From Camelus ferus (taxonomy: Eukaryota), in NCBI RefSeq assembly GCF_009834535.1, contig NC_045697.1, forward strand, positions 106,332,001 to 106,396,000: 64,000 bases of DNA. Direction: 5' to 3'. Positions 53,111 through 64,000 of this stretch are shown in pieces (the stretch's first letter is position 1; the number at the start of each line of letters is the position of its first letter). Made by a program: the position numbers and the translations under genes. The notes beneath the pieces are model-generated. The model was not told the DNA's origin and ran no database searches. It was given only the letters and a program-made list of their open reading frames with translations.

Positions 53111-56100
53111 TAAGCTGCTCAGTAAATGTACGATTGTTAGATGAATGTAAAATTAGGGCATCTCATATATATGCTATTATCTTTTCTTAGTAGAGATTCA
53201 AGGTAAGTTCATTACCTATTCTTAGTAGAATAAAGAGTCCTATATTTTAATCTAGGGCCAGGAAAAAAAAAATCTGCCTAGTGTTTGTGATCTCCCTTCT
53301 CCTCGGTTCTCGCAAACTGTCATCTGTCAGGTAATTCACTGCACTACCATCAACATCCCATCCTACCAACCACTCCACGTTACTGAAGACAAATGCCAGC
53401 ATCTCACCCCTTTCCTTCTTTCCTCACACAAAAAGTCAGAATTTTTCCCACACATAAAGCTAAGATCTTACAGTCTCACTAAGGTTCTGATTCTGAGCTA
53501 ATTCTAGATCTGCCAAACTAATTATGAAGCAAGTAATTGTGATGTTATCTAGTACCAAAACCCAAAATATATTGCCTTTGTGGAAACTTTGCAAGTGGTG
53601 CTTCTGTGCCTTAATTGCACTTGAAATTGTTACAGAAAATATGTAGAGCTGAAAAGACTGTAAAATTGCTTAGGATCATAGACAGAAACTTGGAGATTTA
53701 AGTGCCACCTCTACTATATGTTGTCAGGATGTAAATATAATTGCAGGTGCTTAGGAAAAAAAAAAGACAAGTATACCAATAAAAATCTTACATTGCTGAA
53801 CACCAGGAAAGCAATAACACTTCTATTATAAGCCATTTTATGTGATAATTGCCTTTTGAGAAACAGGGGTAAGGATATTATCATCAACAGAAAGGCTTTA
53901 AAGAAATGCAAATTCCTGATTAGGATCATTTTCAAGTGAGGTAAACAGCTATTTGTAAATGATTATTTCTTTCTCTGTTTTCTCACCAGCTCTTCTTAGC
54001 TTTCCTCACATTTCATACCATGGTTTGTTTTAGGTAAAATATCTCAAACATCTTGACAGACTTTTTCACTTTGCATTAGGAGTCATATTTTTCCCATGCT
54101 TAGAACTAAGTCTAAACGAAAGGACAAAGGATGCTCATCGAACCACAACTTGCTGCTTGTCCTCAAATGGACTTGGCACACTTTCTGTTGTTGATCTACA
54201 TAGACTCATCAGGGGTATTAATCACAACACAGAACAGTAATCTGACTCATTTGCAGCCAATCACAAAGCTCTAGGCTGTAAGGCTGACCAGAAGCAGAAA
54301 CCAAGGTGAAACAGAGGATGGAACCTGGCCTCACTCCTAATTAAGACACTTCGGCTGAAAACCTTATTTCCCGGTGTATTTGATGCCAACAACATTTGTC
54401 ACAGTTGTTCCCTAGCAGTTTATTAAGTACTTAAGGTTTTATTAAGTCTTTAAAAAACACATGATACACAAAACTCTAAAACCAGATAATACACTTTGGG
54501 CACCAATGTAGCTTGAACACATTTACATAAAACTAGAACATTAGTTTTCAGATAACCACCAGGCAAATACATCCTACTAAGCTTTGGATTCCCTACCGAG
54601 TGTAATGTTTGAATATGATCTGTTGACTGAGGGGAGGTCAGAGAAGAAAGGGAGCCCAGTCAACCCACTAATATTTCCAAGAAAACTGTCTTTTTGCAAA
54701 AGCACTCTGTAACTGCTTTACACTGATAGACAACCATCAGCTTTTCTACATCAGCATATATGTCCTCCTGAGTCTTTCAATTCATTAATAAGGTGCCTGG
54801 TATTTTCGAGTTTACATTATGTTTTCACACAGAAATCTCATTTGGTCCTTGCAGCAATATAGTCAGCAGTTATTTTTATCATGTCCACTTCACCAAATAG
54901 GAAACTGAGGATCCAATATGTCAAATAATTTGGCCAGGATCATGCAGCAAGAGAACCAGACCTTGATTTTTGGTTTTAGCTTCAGTATCTCAGATTCTTT
55001 CCCAAGCAGATGCAGAGAGTGTATTAAGTGTGACACATTTATTAGACTCCCATTGTCATCCACGTACAGACCATCATTCTGGGCTGTGTTCACAGTGTGT
55101 TACCTACCCTCTCCAGCCACAGAAGCTGCTCCTGTAAGCAGTACAAATATTTCCCCATGGATAGGATGTTTATATCAGGGCTGCAAACACAGGAATAAAC
55201 CTAGGAAGATATGAGATTCACTCCAGGTTCAAGAAAATAAAACTTGGAGGCTAGCCACAAAAGGAGTAAAACCTCTCGTTACAGTGAAAATCAACACTTG
55301 AAAACCATTCCTTTTTCAACAGGAAGAGTGACCCAAATCTGTAGATCTGCATGGTTAAAATTTCTGTAGGAAATAAATGATTAGAAAAGTCACACACTCT
55401 TTTGATTTTACTGCTGATGCCATAAAACTTTTTCTAAGTGTAATACGCCTGTAAATAAATAAAAATCAGCTGCAAAAGGCAGATTTGAAGAAATTGGGGC
55501 TCCAGATATTGTGGGGGTTTTTTTCCTTTAAACAAGGCAAAGGACTATGTACAAATTAAAATAAAGCTTCATTTAAAAGCCAGGCAAAGAAACAACTTGA
55601 GCAGTATAAACCCAAGGCATTAGTAACTCTAGCACTGGGGCCTAGAACTGTAAACATACAATGTCTTTGCTAAATTCTAACTACTCACATAACAATTTTA
55701 TCTTCAAAACTGTCTAGAAACACCAGAAACACCTTTACGGCCATTTTGGGCAACTCATTCTTGTTGGCCCAGCAAGGTAATCATGCCCTCCCCTCTCTTC
55801 CAGCAACAGTCCATCCTTCCCCATATCTTTGCTGCTCCTTTCACTCAAGGAAACTATCACTCTCCCATTAATGAATGTGGTATTGTTAGAAAGGATTCCC
55901 TGGATAGAGGCAGGAACAGTTATCACTTTCACAATAAAAAGGAAAAAAAAAAGCAACTGCTAAAGCTCATCCAAAAGCTAACATTCTAACCTTTAAAATA
56001 TCTGTGTAACACTAGGTGTCCTTTCATTTTTACTAGCAAATACATATATTCATTTCCTGAGAATTCTTGAGCTCTCCAATCCATAGCACAAGAGGCCCCT

Positions 56101-56679
56101 CTGATGGTATTTCTTTTCTGGGAAACTTTCTAAAATGCATCAGGCCTTTATGGCTTTGGTCAGACAGGAACATGAAAGCAGCACAGTAGTGGAATACATC
56201 CCTGCTGACCCATACACACAATCCGTGCTGAATTCCCTGGCCGCCACCACTCCCTAGCACACTTCGTCTTCATCCACAAGATGCCTCTGGGAGGACTTAG
56301 TGAAAACAACAGTGCCACCTGGGACCACATTTAGAGAAACCAGGAAAGCATTCAATTGCTACAGGATGCAAATGACAATGGTGTCCAAGAATCTAAGAAT
56401 GATTCTAATCTAAGAATGAGGATGGGCACCTTAAAGGTCACCTTTCTTCTGAGAGATCATAGTTCTTCATGAAAACAGAATAGTCTTCAAAGCAGCAGGG
56501 ATCAGATCAGTTTTCTGAGGCAGACTGAGACACAGAAAAGAAAAGTGTACTCGCTCAAGGAAGACAAGAATTAAGGAAAAGATTTAGTACCATTCCCACA
56601 CTGTTGGAGCACTTGGGAGACCCTTGATCCTCCAAGCACCCTGGACTGCTCGTAATGCCACTGAGAAAGAGGACGTAGC

Positions 56680-56900
56680 CCAGCGCATGAGTGGAAGGAG
56701 TGCAAGGCTTAGAGTCAGAAATACCTCAAATCCTGGTTCTGCCGCTCACCATCCATGCCTGCAGCTTGAGCAGGTCCCTCTCTGAGCCTGAGTTTTCTTA
56801 TCTGTGGAACACAACTAACAATCTACCTATCTTGCAAGACTTTGGATAATGCATGGCTTAACAAAGTGCCTCTTAATTAGTAGATGCTCAATATATGATA
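56680..56900 (+). mobile_element. MIR
   Basis: agagtcagaa...aaatcctggttctgcc...ctctctgagcctgagttttcttatctgt. Confidence 0.7.
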
Positions 56901-57142
56901 CTTCTTAGCCCCTCTGTCCTGTTCTCCACTAATTAGCTTCCAGCAGGATAACAGTGGGAGCATTTTCAGTTTTTTAAAACCAAAATCAGCTTGTAGAGAT
57001 AGATAGAGATTTCCAAACTTTCACTGAGAAATAAGAAAGCAAGGTCATTTATTTACAGAGCTACCACCATGTATCCCAGTCTACTTTTGAATGCTGCTTA
57101 AAGGTCACACTTAGGGTTTAGTGTAGCTGGAAACCAAAAACT

Positions 57143-57252
57143 TATGAAAATGAATATATGTATACTCATGTATGACTGAAGGATTGTGCTGTACACCAGG
57201 AATTGACACAACATTGTAAACTGACTATACTTCAATAAAAAAGTTAAAAAAA
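57143..57252 (+). mobile_element. L1 extreme 3' fragment
   Basis: tatgaaaatgaatatatg...gtgctgtacaccaggaattgacac...ttcaataaaa, followed by (AATC)n. Confidence 0.85.
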
Positions 57253-58245
57253 TCAATCAATCAATCAATCTTCAGTAGAAACTGCCATCAAATCAATTAC
57301 ATGGGGACTATTTATGAGCACCTATCAAAACATGTAATGACAACATGTTACATGTCTTCATGAGTGTCTTGACAGTGACTACATGAAACTCTTTTTTGAT
57401 CCATCGTAAGTATAGTCAGACTACCCACTGGACTTCTGGAATAGTTTAAAAAATAAAGTGTCTCTAAAAAAATGTTTTGACTCATTAAGTGCGACGGAAT
57501 TAAAACCAGATGGATCTGGCAGCGGGCTCCTTCCCCTGGTTTGCAGGCTGCTTCAGAGCAGTGCCAGCTCAGAGAGGGGACGGTCAATGTCACACATTCC
57601 ACACTTCAGGCACTAATAGGTCCTTGGCTCCAAGTTTCCCGGTGTTCAGAGGGGATGCCAGAACACACATGCTGTGACAGAAGCATTTTGGAAGCATCCA
57701 TGCAGGCCAGAGAAATGAATAAGTGCCTTGGGCACTGAGTAGCTCAGGCAACAGCTGTTTCACACCGGACAGTGATTAGGATTGATCTCTTTATTCTGTA
57801 CAGTAACTATCACATTTCACAAACACACACACACACACTAACACACACTAGGTCTTCTTAAGGTGTAACACAGGGGTCAGGACCTTGTAACAGAAGTATC
57901 CACTCAATGGTACATGAAACAGTTTGAAAAACCACAAGGCTTGCTTAAACCTGGTTAGTAATTTACACACACACTTCCACTCACACCCCCTTCATTCCAC
58001 TATTCAATAAGTATTTATAGAATATCTTTCAGGTTCTAAATGAGCCCATCATTCTGCTGTTTAGGCACTGGGGATACAAATGAAACAAGAAATACAATAT
58101 CTCTGCCCACTAAAGGCTTACTTTCTAGTAGGGAATACACATTAGTACACAGTGCAAACAATCTGATAGGAGATGTTCTTGGAGCTACAAGTAGGAGGAA
58201 TACCTAATGCTTCCCTAAATGTTTGGGGGGTTTTGTATATACATA

Positions 58246-58548
58246 TATTTTTATTGAATTATAGTCAATTTACAATGTTGTGTCAATTTTTGGTGTACAG
58301 TATAATGCTCCACTCATACATGAACATACATATATTCATTTTCATACTTTTTCACCGTAAGTTACTAAAAGATATTGATTATAGTTCCCTGTGCTATACA
58401 GAATGGATTTGTTGTTTATCTATTTCATATATATTAGTTAGTATCGGCAAATCTCGAACTCCCAATTTATCCTTTCCGCCCCCTTCTCCCCGGTAAGCAT
58501 AAGTTTCCTCTATGTCTGTGAGTCTGTTTCAGTTTTGTAAATAAGTTC
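58246..58548 (-). mobile_element. L1 3'UTR fragment
   Basis: Reverse complement of the same 3'UTR (caatttacaatgttgtgtcaatt...gtacag). Confidence 0.85.
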
Positions 58549-59711
58549 TGTCCACTCATCCTGGAAGACTGCTGAGGTCTCATGAAACTACTGCGCAAAG
58601 CATCCTCACAATGCCTGCTTAATCAGTATCTCTGTAGTAGAAAGTTATGAAGAAGGGTTTTTGTCTTAAAACAATTTTTGACCTAAAATATAACTTATCC
58701 TGGTAAGTTCTGGTACAAATCAACTGATTAGGGCAAGGTACAAATAAGTGACCTCATCAGAGGAAATGGGAAAGAAGTTTATAAAGACACTGAGTGGTCT
58801 GGGCTTGCTAATAGCTACTACTGTAGCTGGCAAAATAAGCAGTATTAACTGGTTGATAACAGGATTACTGTCTCCTGAACTTCCACTAAAATGAAAGAAA
58901 ATTATAGAAGCTAAAACATATGTTCTTATAAATATAAGAATATTTCTGCTTAATATAACAGGTCCTGCTTTTTTCTACTGATCTCTGCCCTCACAAAAAG
59001 ATGATGTGTTTGGGATTGCCTGTCCCATGCAGCTCCCCTGCCTCCAGATCACTCTCATTTATAAGCTCTGCTGTGACATTGGGCCTAAATGGCCATGATG
59101 GCCTATCACATCACTCCTGTCCTGACTGTGGTTTTGGGATCACCTAACCCAACCTAGGTCCATCATATCCCTCTTCCAGAAATATGAGCACTAAGAAACT
59201 AAGTTAGATGTTGTCTTAGGACTTGAGGCACCCATGTTGGTTTGTATATAAGATGAGAAGAAGAGAAGATGAGAAAGAAGAGGAAAGCAGTCCTACCCAG
59301 AGAAGCAGGATGAGAGACCTCGGTCCCTGGGGGATTTCAGATCTTATGAGGCCCCACTGTGGTTTATGTTCCCATTCTTTGCATTTAACAAGGTATGAAA
59401 CTAAACATAGGTTACCTTTACCTGCTTGGGTCTTTGTCCTCTGCACCCCACAAACATATGAGGACAAATGCAGCTGCTGATTAAAAAACTGACTCAAGTG
59501 ATCTACTTTTATCACCTTTCCTCCATTCTGATAATCAATTTTTTCTCTTAATTCATTCAGAAACATTTATTGAATACCTGTCAGGCTGAGGTATGGGTTA
59601 TATAAAGTTGAAAGAAACTATTGTCTTTCCTCAAGGAACCTTTCGTGTTCATGTTCATACCTTAATCTTCTTCACTAACAGTGCATTTTTTCTCCTTTCC
59701 TTATTTTCTTT

Positions 59712-59713
<2 letters not shown>

Positions 59714-59749
<36 letters not shown>

Positions 59750-59930
59750 TATACACACACATATATATTTACTGAAGTACAGTCAGTTTACAATGTTGTG
59801 TCAATTTTTCATGTACAGCATAATGCTTCAGTCATACGTGAACATATATTCGTTTTCATATTCTTCACCATAAGTTACTACAAGGTATTTAATATGGTTC
59901 CTTGTGCTATAGAGTATAAACTTGTTGTTT
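59714..59930 (-). mobile_element. L1 3'UTR fragment with (CA)n/(TA)n microsatellite at its tail
   Basis: (CA)n about 59714-59760 directly adjoining actgaagtacagtcagtttacaatgttgtgtc. Confidence 0.8.
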
Positions 59931-59949
59931 ATACCAGTGCAATTTGATG

Positions 59950-60985
59950 AATCAATTTGAAGCATCCTTCTCTCTAATCACCACCCTCTACTATTCATTC
60001 CCCATCAACAACAATTTTTGACCTGTAATTCATTGATACCACCAGGTTTTCACCCTCCCTTGCCACTTTCATATCTTCAGCCAGCTTAAATTTCAAAGTC
60101 AATCCTTATGATCACTCTCATAGACTCCCAACTCCCCTGCCCATCCTCATTTTGTCATCTTCATTTGAGAAAACACAAGACCCTAGTCGAATCTAAGTCT
60201 ATACCTATTCGATGGTATCTGTACCCTGAATAATTGAGGTGATGGGAGAAACAAAGCCATGACTGGTCCCACTTCACATTCATTCACACAAACCTAAGTG
60301 GACCTTAAGGCTATCCAGTAATCCCAGTACAACTCCTTAGTCTATTCGCTCTCCCCTCTCTATTTCACATTTTCTACTCTCTCTTCAAACTTCCACTTCC
60401 CCTCTGACCTCACTTTCAGTTGATACCCTTGTTTTCAATTTTACTGGGAAAACAAAAGCAATCAAAAGAGACTGCCAAAGCTGCCCTCCTGACAGCATCT
60501 GTCTCCATACACCCTGTGTGCCCACTCATCACTGCAGGTGAAAATAATCCACGCTCCCATCCAAGGCAGCGCTCTCCCTATACAACAGTTCTTGCCCATA
60601 TTTGCCCTCTCAAGGACATTGCCCTGGCAATTATCCCATTTCCTGTCTTCATTAGTGATTTTTCCCTCCCTTCTTGATTGTTCTGATCAGAAATGTTGTC
60701 GTTTCCCCATCTTAAACAAAAAACCTACTCTCTCTTGACCTCACCTCCCCCAGCAGGCAAGCACCCAATTTCTGTGTCCCCCTTTAAAACTCCTTGAAAT
60801 AGTTCTTACACTTGTTGTCTAATTTCTCTCCACCCGTGCTCTTTGTAATTGGCCCCTCTACTAAACCAGCAGGTGCTGAGGTCATCATTGACCTCTATGT
60901 TGCTATATTCAATGTCAAATTTCAGTCCTCGTCTTACTTGATCTATAAACACAATTCAGCACAGTTGATCAACCACTCACTCTAT
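59950..60985 (+). mobile_element. L2 internal fragment
   Basis: Pyrimidine-rich L2-like motifs (gaggtcatcattgacctctatgttgct...aattcagcacagttgatc). Confidence 0.5.
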
Positions 60986-62290
60986 AAAACTGACAAATAG
61001 TCACAACATTAAAAAAATCCAGAAAAATAACAATGTCTTTGTTAATTAACTACCAGATACATCTTTACAATACTTTTTTCCTAATTTTTGGCTATATACT
61101 CTTTAGTTACTCTTTGTGCAAAAAAAATTTCATATTTTCCATAAAAAAGAATAGAAAGATAATTGTCTTTCTTCTATCATGGTTGGTCAATTTTTTTAAG
61201 AAACATTCATATTTGGGATGCATAAAACACACAACTTCCCCTCCTTTATCCTATAGGCCCAAGGAAACATTGAGGGATTTTAGAAAAAAGGGAGTGTAGG
61301 ATTTGCATTTTACAAAAATCACTCTGGCATAACTTTGTTTAAAAATTAAGTCAGGTTTAGACCAGAGGCAGAGGTCAAGTTAGGGGAGCACATTAATAAT
61401 ATAGGCTCAAAATGACAAAAGACTTTCTTCTACTGGAAATGGGGTTACTGTCTTAACATTCTTTAGCTTATGTGGACACCAATGAAAGAACTCCATTTTA
61501 AAATTAATAAAAAAGAGAAGTCATTTAAGTCAGCTTCTGCTGACATTTGTATATAAATATATACACATCTCAGAAAGGTACTGTCTTAGAAAGATAACTA
61601 AGATCTTAATAAGAAATTCAGCTTCAAATGTTTAAAGTTAACTTTACTTGATTTTGGAATTAAGATGTGATGATCAGATTTGTGCATGGGAAACATTAAT
61701 ACAAATGTTAGTGGTTGTGTTTGACCAACTTCCACACAGTAGGGCAGAAATAATTGTGGGTCCCTTGGCTACAAGGTATAATACACTAAGAGGAAGGAAG
61801 CATTCCATGCTTACACTTTTTTTAAGGTTCCAAAGTGCCTAGCATTGCTGGGAGGAAATTACATGCCACTCAGTAAAAGATTTAATTATCTTAATATCCA
61901 GTCTATGGCTGTTCCTTCTCCAAGCCTCCAAAGGTATGTAAACCTCAGACTCTAGGCAAATCCCACAAGTTAGTAACATGGTGGCCTCTGATGACAGGAA
62001 TTTCTATCACTGAGCAGCACACTGTATGTTCATTCTCTCTCTTAGTTCAGATATACAGGAGACACGAGGGCACAGCTAGGAAGAACGGCTCATGGCTTTA
62101 GTTCTTGAGAAGGCCTGACTCACCCACCCAATTCCTCACTCTGATTAGTGGAGTCAGGCTGGGCTTGGGCCCTCTGGAGAGTCCCCAGTCTGCCAGCACG
62201 GAGCAAGCACATACTCTCCTCTGCACAATTTATAACAGGGAAAAATATTTTTTAAATGATATTTGGAGTTGAAACCTAGTTTTAGAAGTA

Positions 62291-62755
62291 TGCTCTATTA
62301 GTTTTCTATGCCTATCAAAACAAATTACCCAAAATTTAGTGGTTTGAACCAACAGAAATTTATTCTCTTTCAGTTCTGAAGGACAGAAGTCCAAGATCAA
62401 GGTGTCAGCGGGGCTGTGCCGCCTTCAGAGGCTCTACAGGTAAATTCCACACCTCTTCCAGCTTCTGGTGGCTGCCCACAGTCCTTGGCTTGTGGACACA
62501 TCATCCCAATCCTGCCTCTACAGTTACACTGTGTCTCCTCTCCAGTATGTCTGTAATTTCCCCCTGGCTTTCTCTTATAAAGACATTTGTGATTGCATCT
62601 AGGGCCCACTGGAATAATCTAGAATAATCTCTTTAGCTCAAGATCCTTAACCTGATCATATCTGCAGAGATCCTTTTTTCCAAATAAGGTAACATTTACA
62701 GGTTTTAGGAATTAGGAGCTGATATATTTAGGTGGCCATTAGTCAGCCTATTACA
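62291..62755 (-). mobile_element. MaLR solo LTR, MLT1C/D-like
   Basis: aacaaattacccaaaatttagtggttt...cagaagtccaagatcaaggtgtcagc...ccaaataaggtaacatt...cagcctattaca. Confidence 0.85.
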
Positions 62756-62939
62756 CACACTTTCAGTGAAATTTTTCCTACAATAACTAGATAAGGAAGG
62801 TGTTTCCATTAGACAACAACTGAAAACCAACAGAAAACCAAATTAAAGAAACAGAAGAAACAAATGAGTAAGAAAACTGAGATCTGAATCTAGGGAGTGA
62901 AATTCCTATGTTCCAAGCCACTAAACTATGCTGCCTTCT

Positions 62940-63365
62940 CAAAAAGGAGAATTCACAAATTCATATAAACTAAAAAATCCAGATAACATCTGTCTTCAGC
63001 AAAGCTTGGGTTAGAGGCTCAAACTATGTCATCCCTTGATTTCTCTGCATCATTCAAGTCTCTCTTTCATGTTGGCTTTATTCTAGAATTCCCTGCTATG
63101 TTTTCTGGTACCTCCAAACTCATATTACCTTTGCTGGTTTAAATCCAATCACTCCACACATCACCATGGCCAGGAGAATGAGCTCTTCTCATTGGCTGTG
63201 CCCGAACCACATGCCAGCCCTGGAGCTAATGGGTGGGGTGACAGCTCTTTGCAAACTGCACAAACTTAGAGCCGAAAGAGCACTTCTGCAAAGTCAAATC
63301 AGAGTGCTGTTACCAAAGGTCAGGTTAAACGATGCTGAAAAGCCAAAAACAACAAATGTCCACCA
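62940..63365 (-). mobile_element. Old MaLR LTR fragment
   Basis: cattggctg...cacatgcc...gtgctgttaccaaagg...aaaacaacaaatgtccac. Confidence 0.45.
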
Positions 63366-64000
63366 AAGAAGGTTTTCATCACAAATAGGAAACCATTTCT
63401 AGGAAGGAATGGCTCTCATTTTACTTCTTTGGAGAAGCTGGTATTATTTACTTGTACATCAAGCTTATGTACAAATGACCTAGGAAGGATCCTAGCTGCC
63501 TGCAGAATATGTCACTTAACTCTTAACCCTTCTCTGCCTGGGTTCCTTGTCACATGCAAAACAGGGAACAAATGTACTTAATAAGAAAACTTCTACAAAT
63601 CACTACTTTATCCTAAGATTTCTATTCTCCCTAAGGTGTCCTCTGGACCAATAAGAGAGTTGGAAGAAGGCAGATGGTAAAAAGAATGTCTTTATATTGT
63701 CTCTAAATCCTTTATGTTTTAATAATATTCATATTTGAGATACTATTAATTTATTAAAAGTTAATGAACTTTTGTGACTACTTCAGTTTAGTAAGCCATG
63801 TCACTACAGAGGCAGTGAGTCTCCTGCCTTACTTTGAGTCTCCATCCTATATCTTTCCGTTTCAGAGCTCACCAGATCAGTATAAAAAGAGGAAAAGCAC
63901 AAAGAAGACAGGTTTGTGTTTAAGACACTGATCACTCAGATACATAATTCTATTCATTTCTAAATTTTAAGAATTCTGTTTAGATTCTTTCTTTAAGAGC

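Noticed and set aside
1..64000. CpG island, intact gene or prokaryotic system
   Set aside because: CpG is depleted throughout, no intact spliced ORF was found, and the content is mammalian repeat-rich DNA.

Overview
AT-rich mammalian genomic DNA, most likely camelid (inferred from tRNA-Ala-like SINEs resembling Vic-1). A large part of the window is interspersed repeats: L1, L2, MIR, MaLR/ERVL LTRs and hAT DNA-transposon relics. I found no intact protein-coding gene, and the long ORFs in the track come from L1 fragments or a low-complexity GA tract. The main non-repeat signal is a degraded spliced gene on the minus strand, running from about 34 kb to about 1.6 kb and possibly starting near 54 kb. 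Several exons have AG/GT boundaries and matching phases. Their translations repeatedly resemble RGS-domain helices of the multi-RGS RGS22/RGSL1 type, judged from memory rather than a search. Stops, frameshifts, a 7-bp duplication and an apparent L1 insertion into an exon point to an unprocessed, possibly unitary, pseudogene. Other structure includes a perfect 94-bp tandem duplication, a target site present three times with a possible retrocopy or transduction, and a twin-primed L1 carrying a nested SINE. Repeat family names and most repeat boundaries are approximate recognitions by eye.
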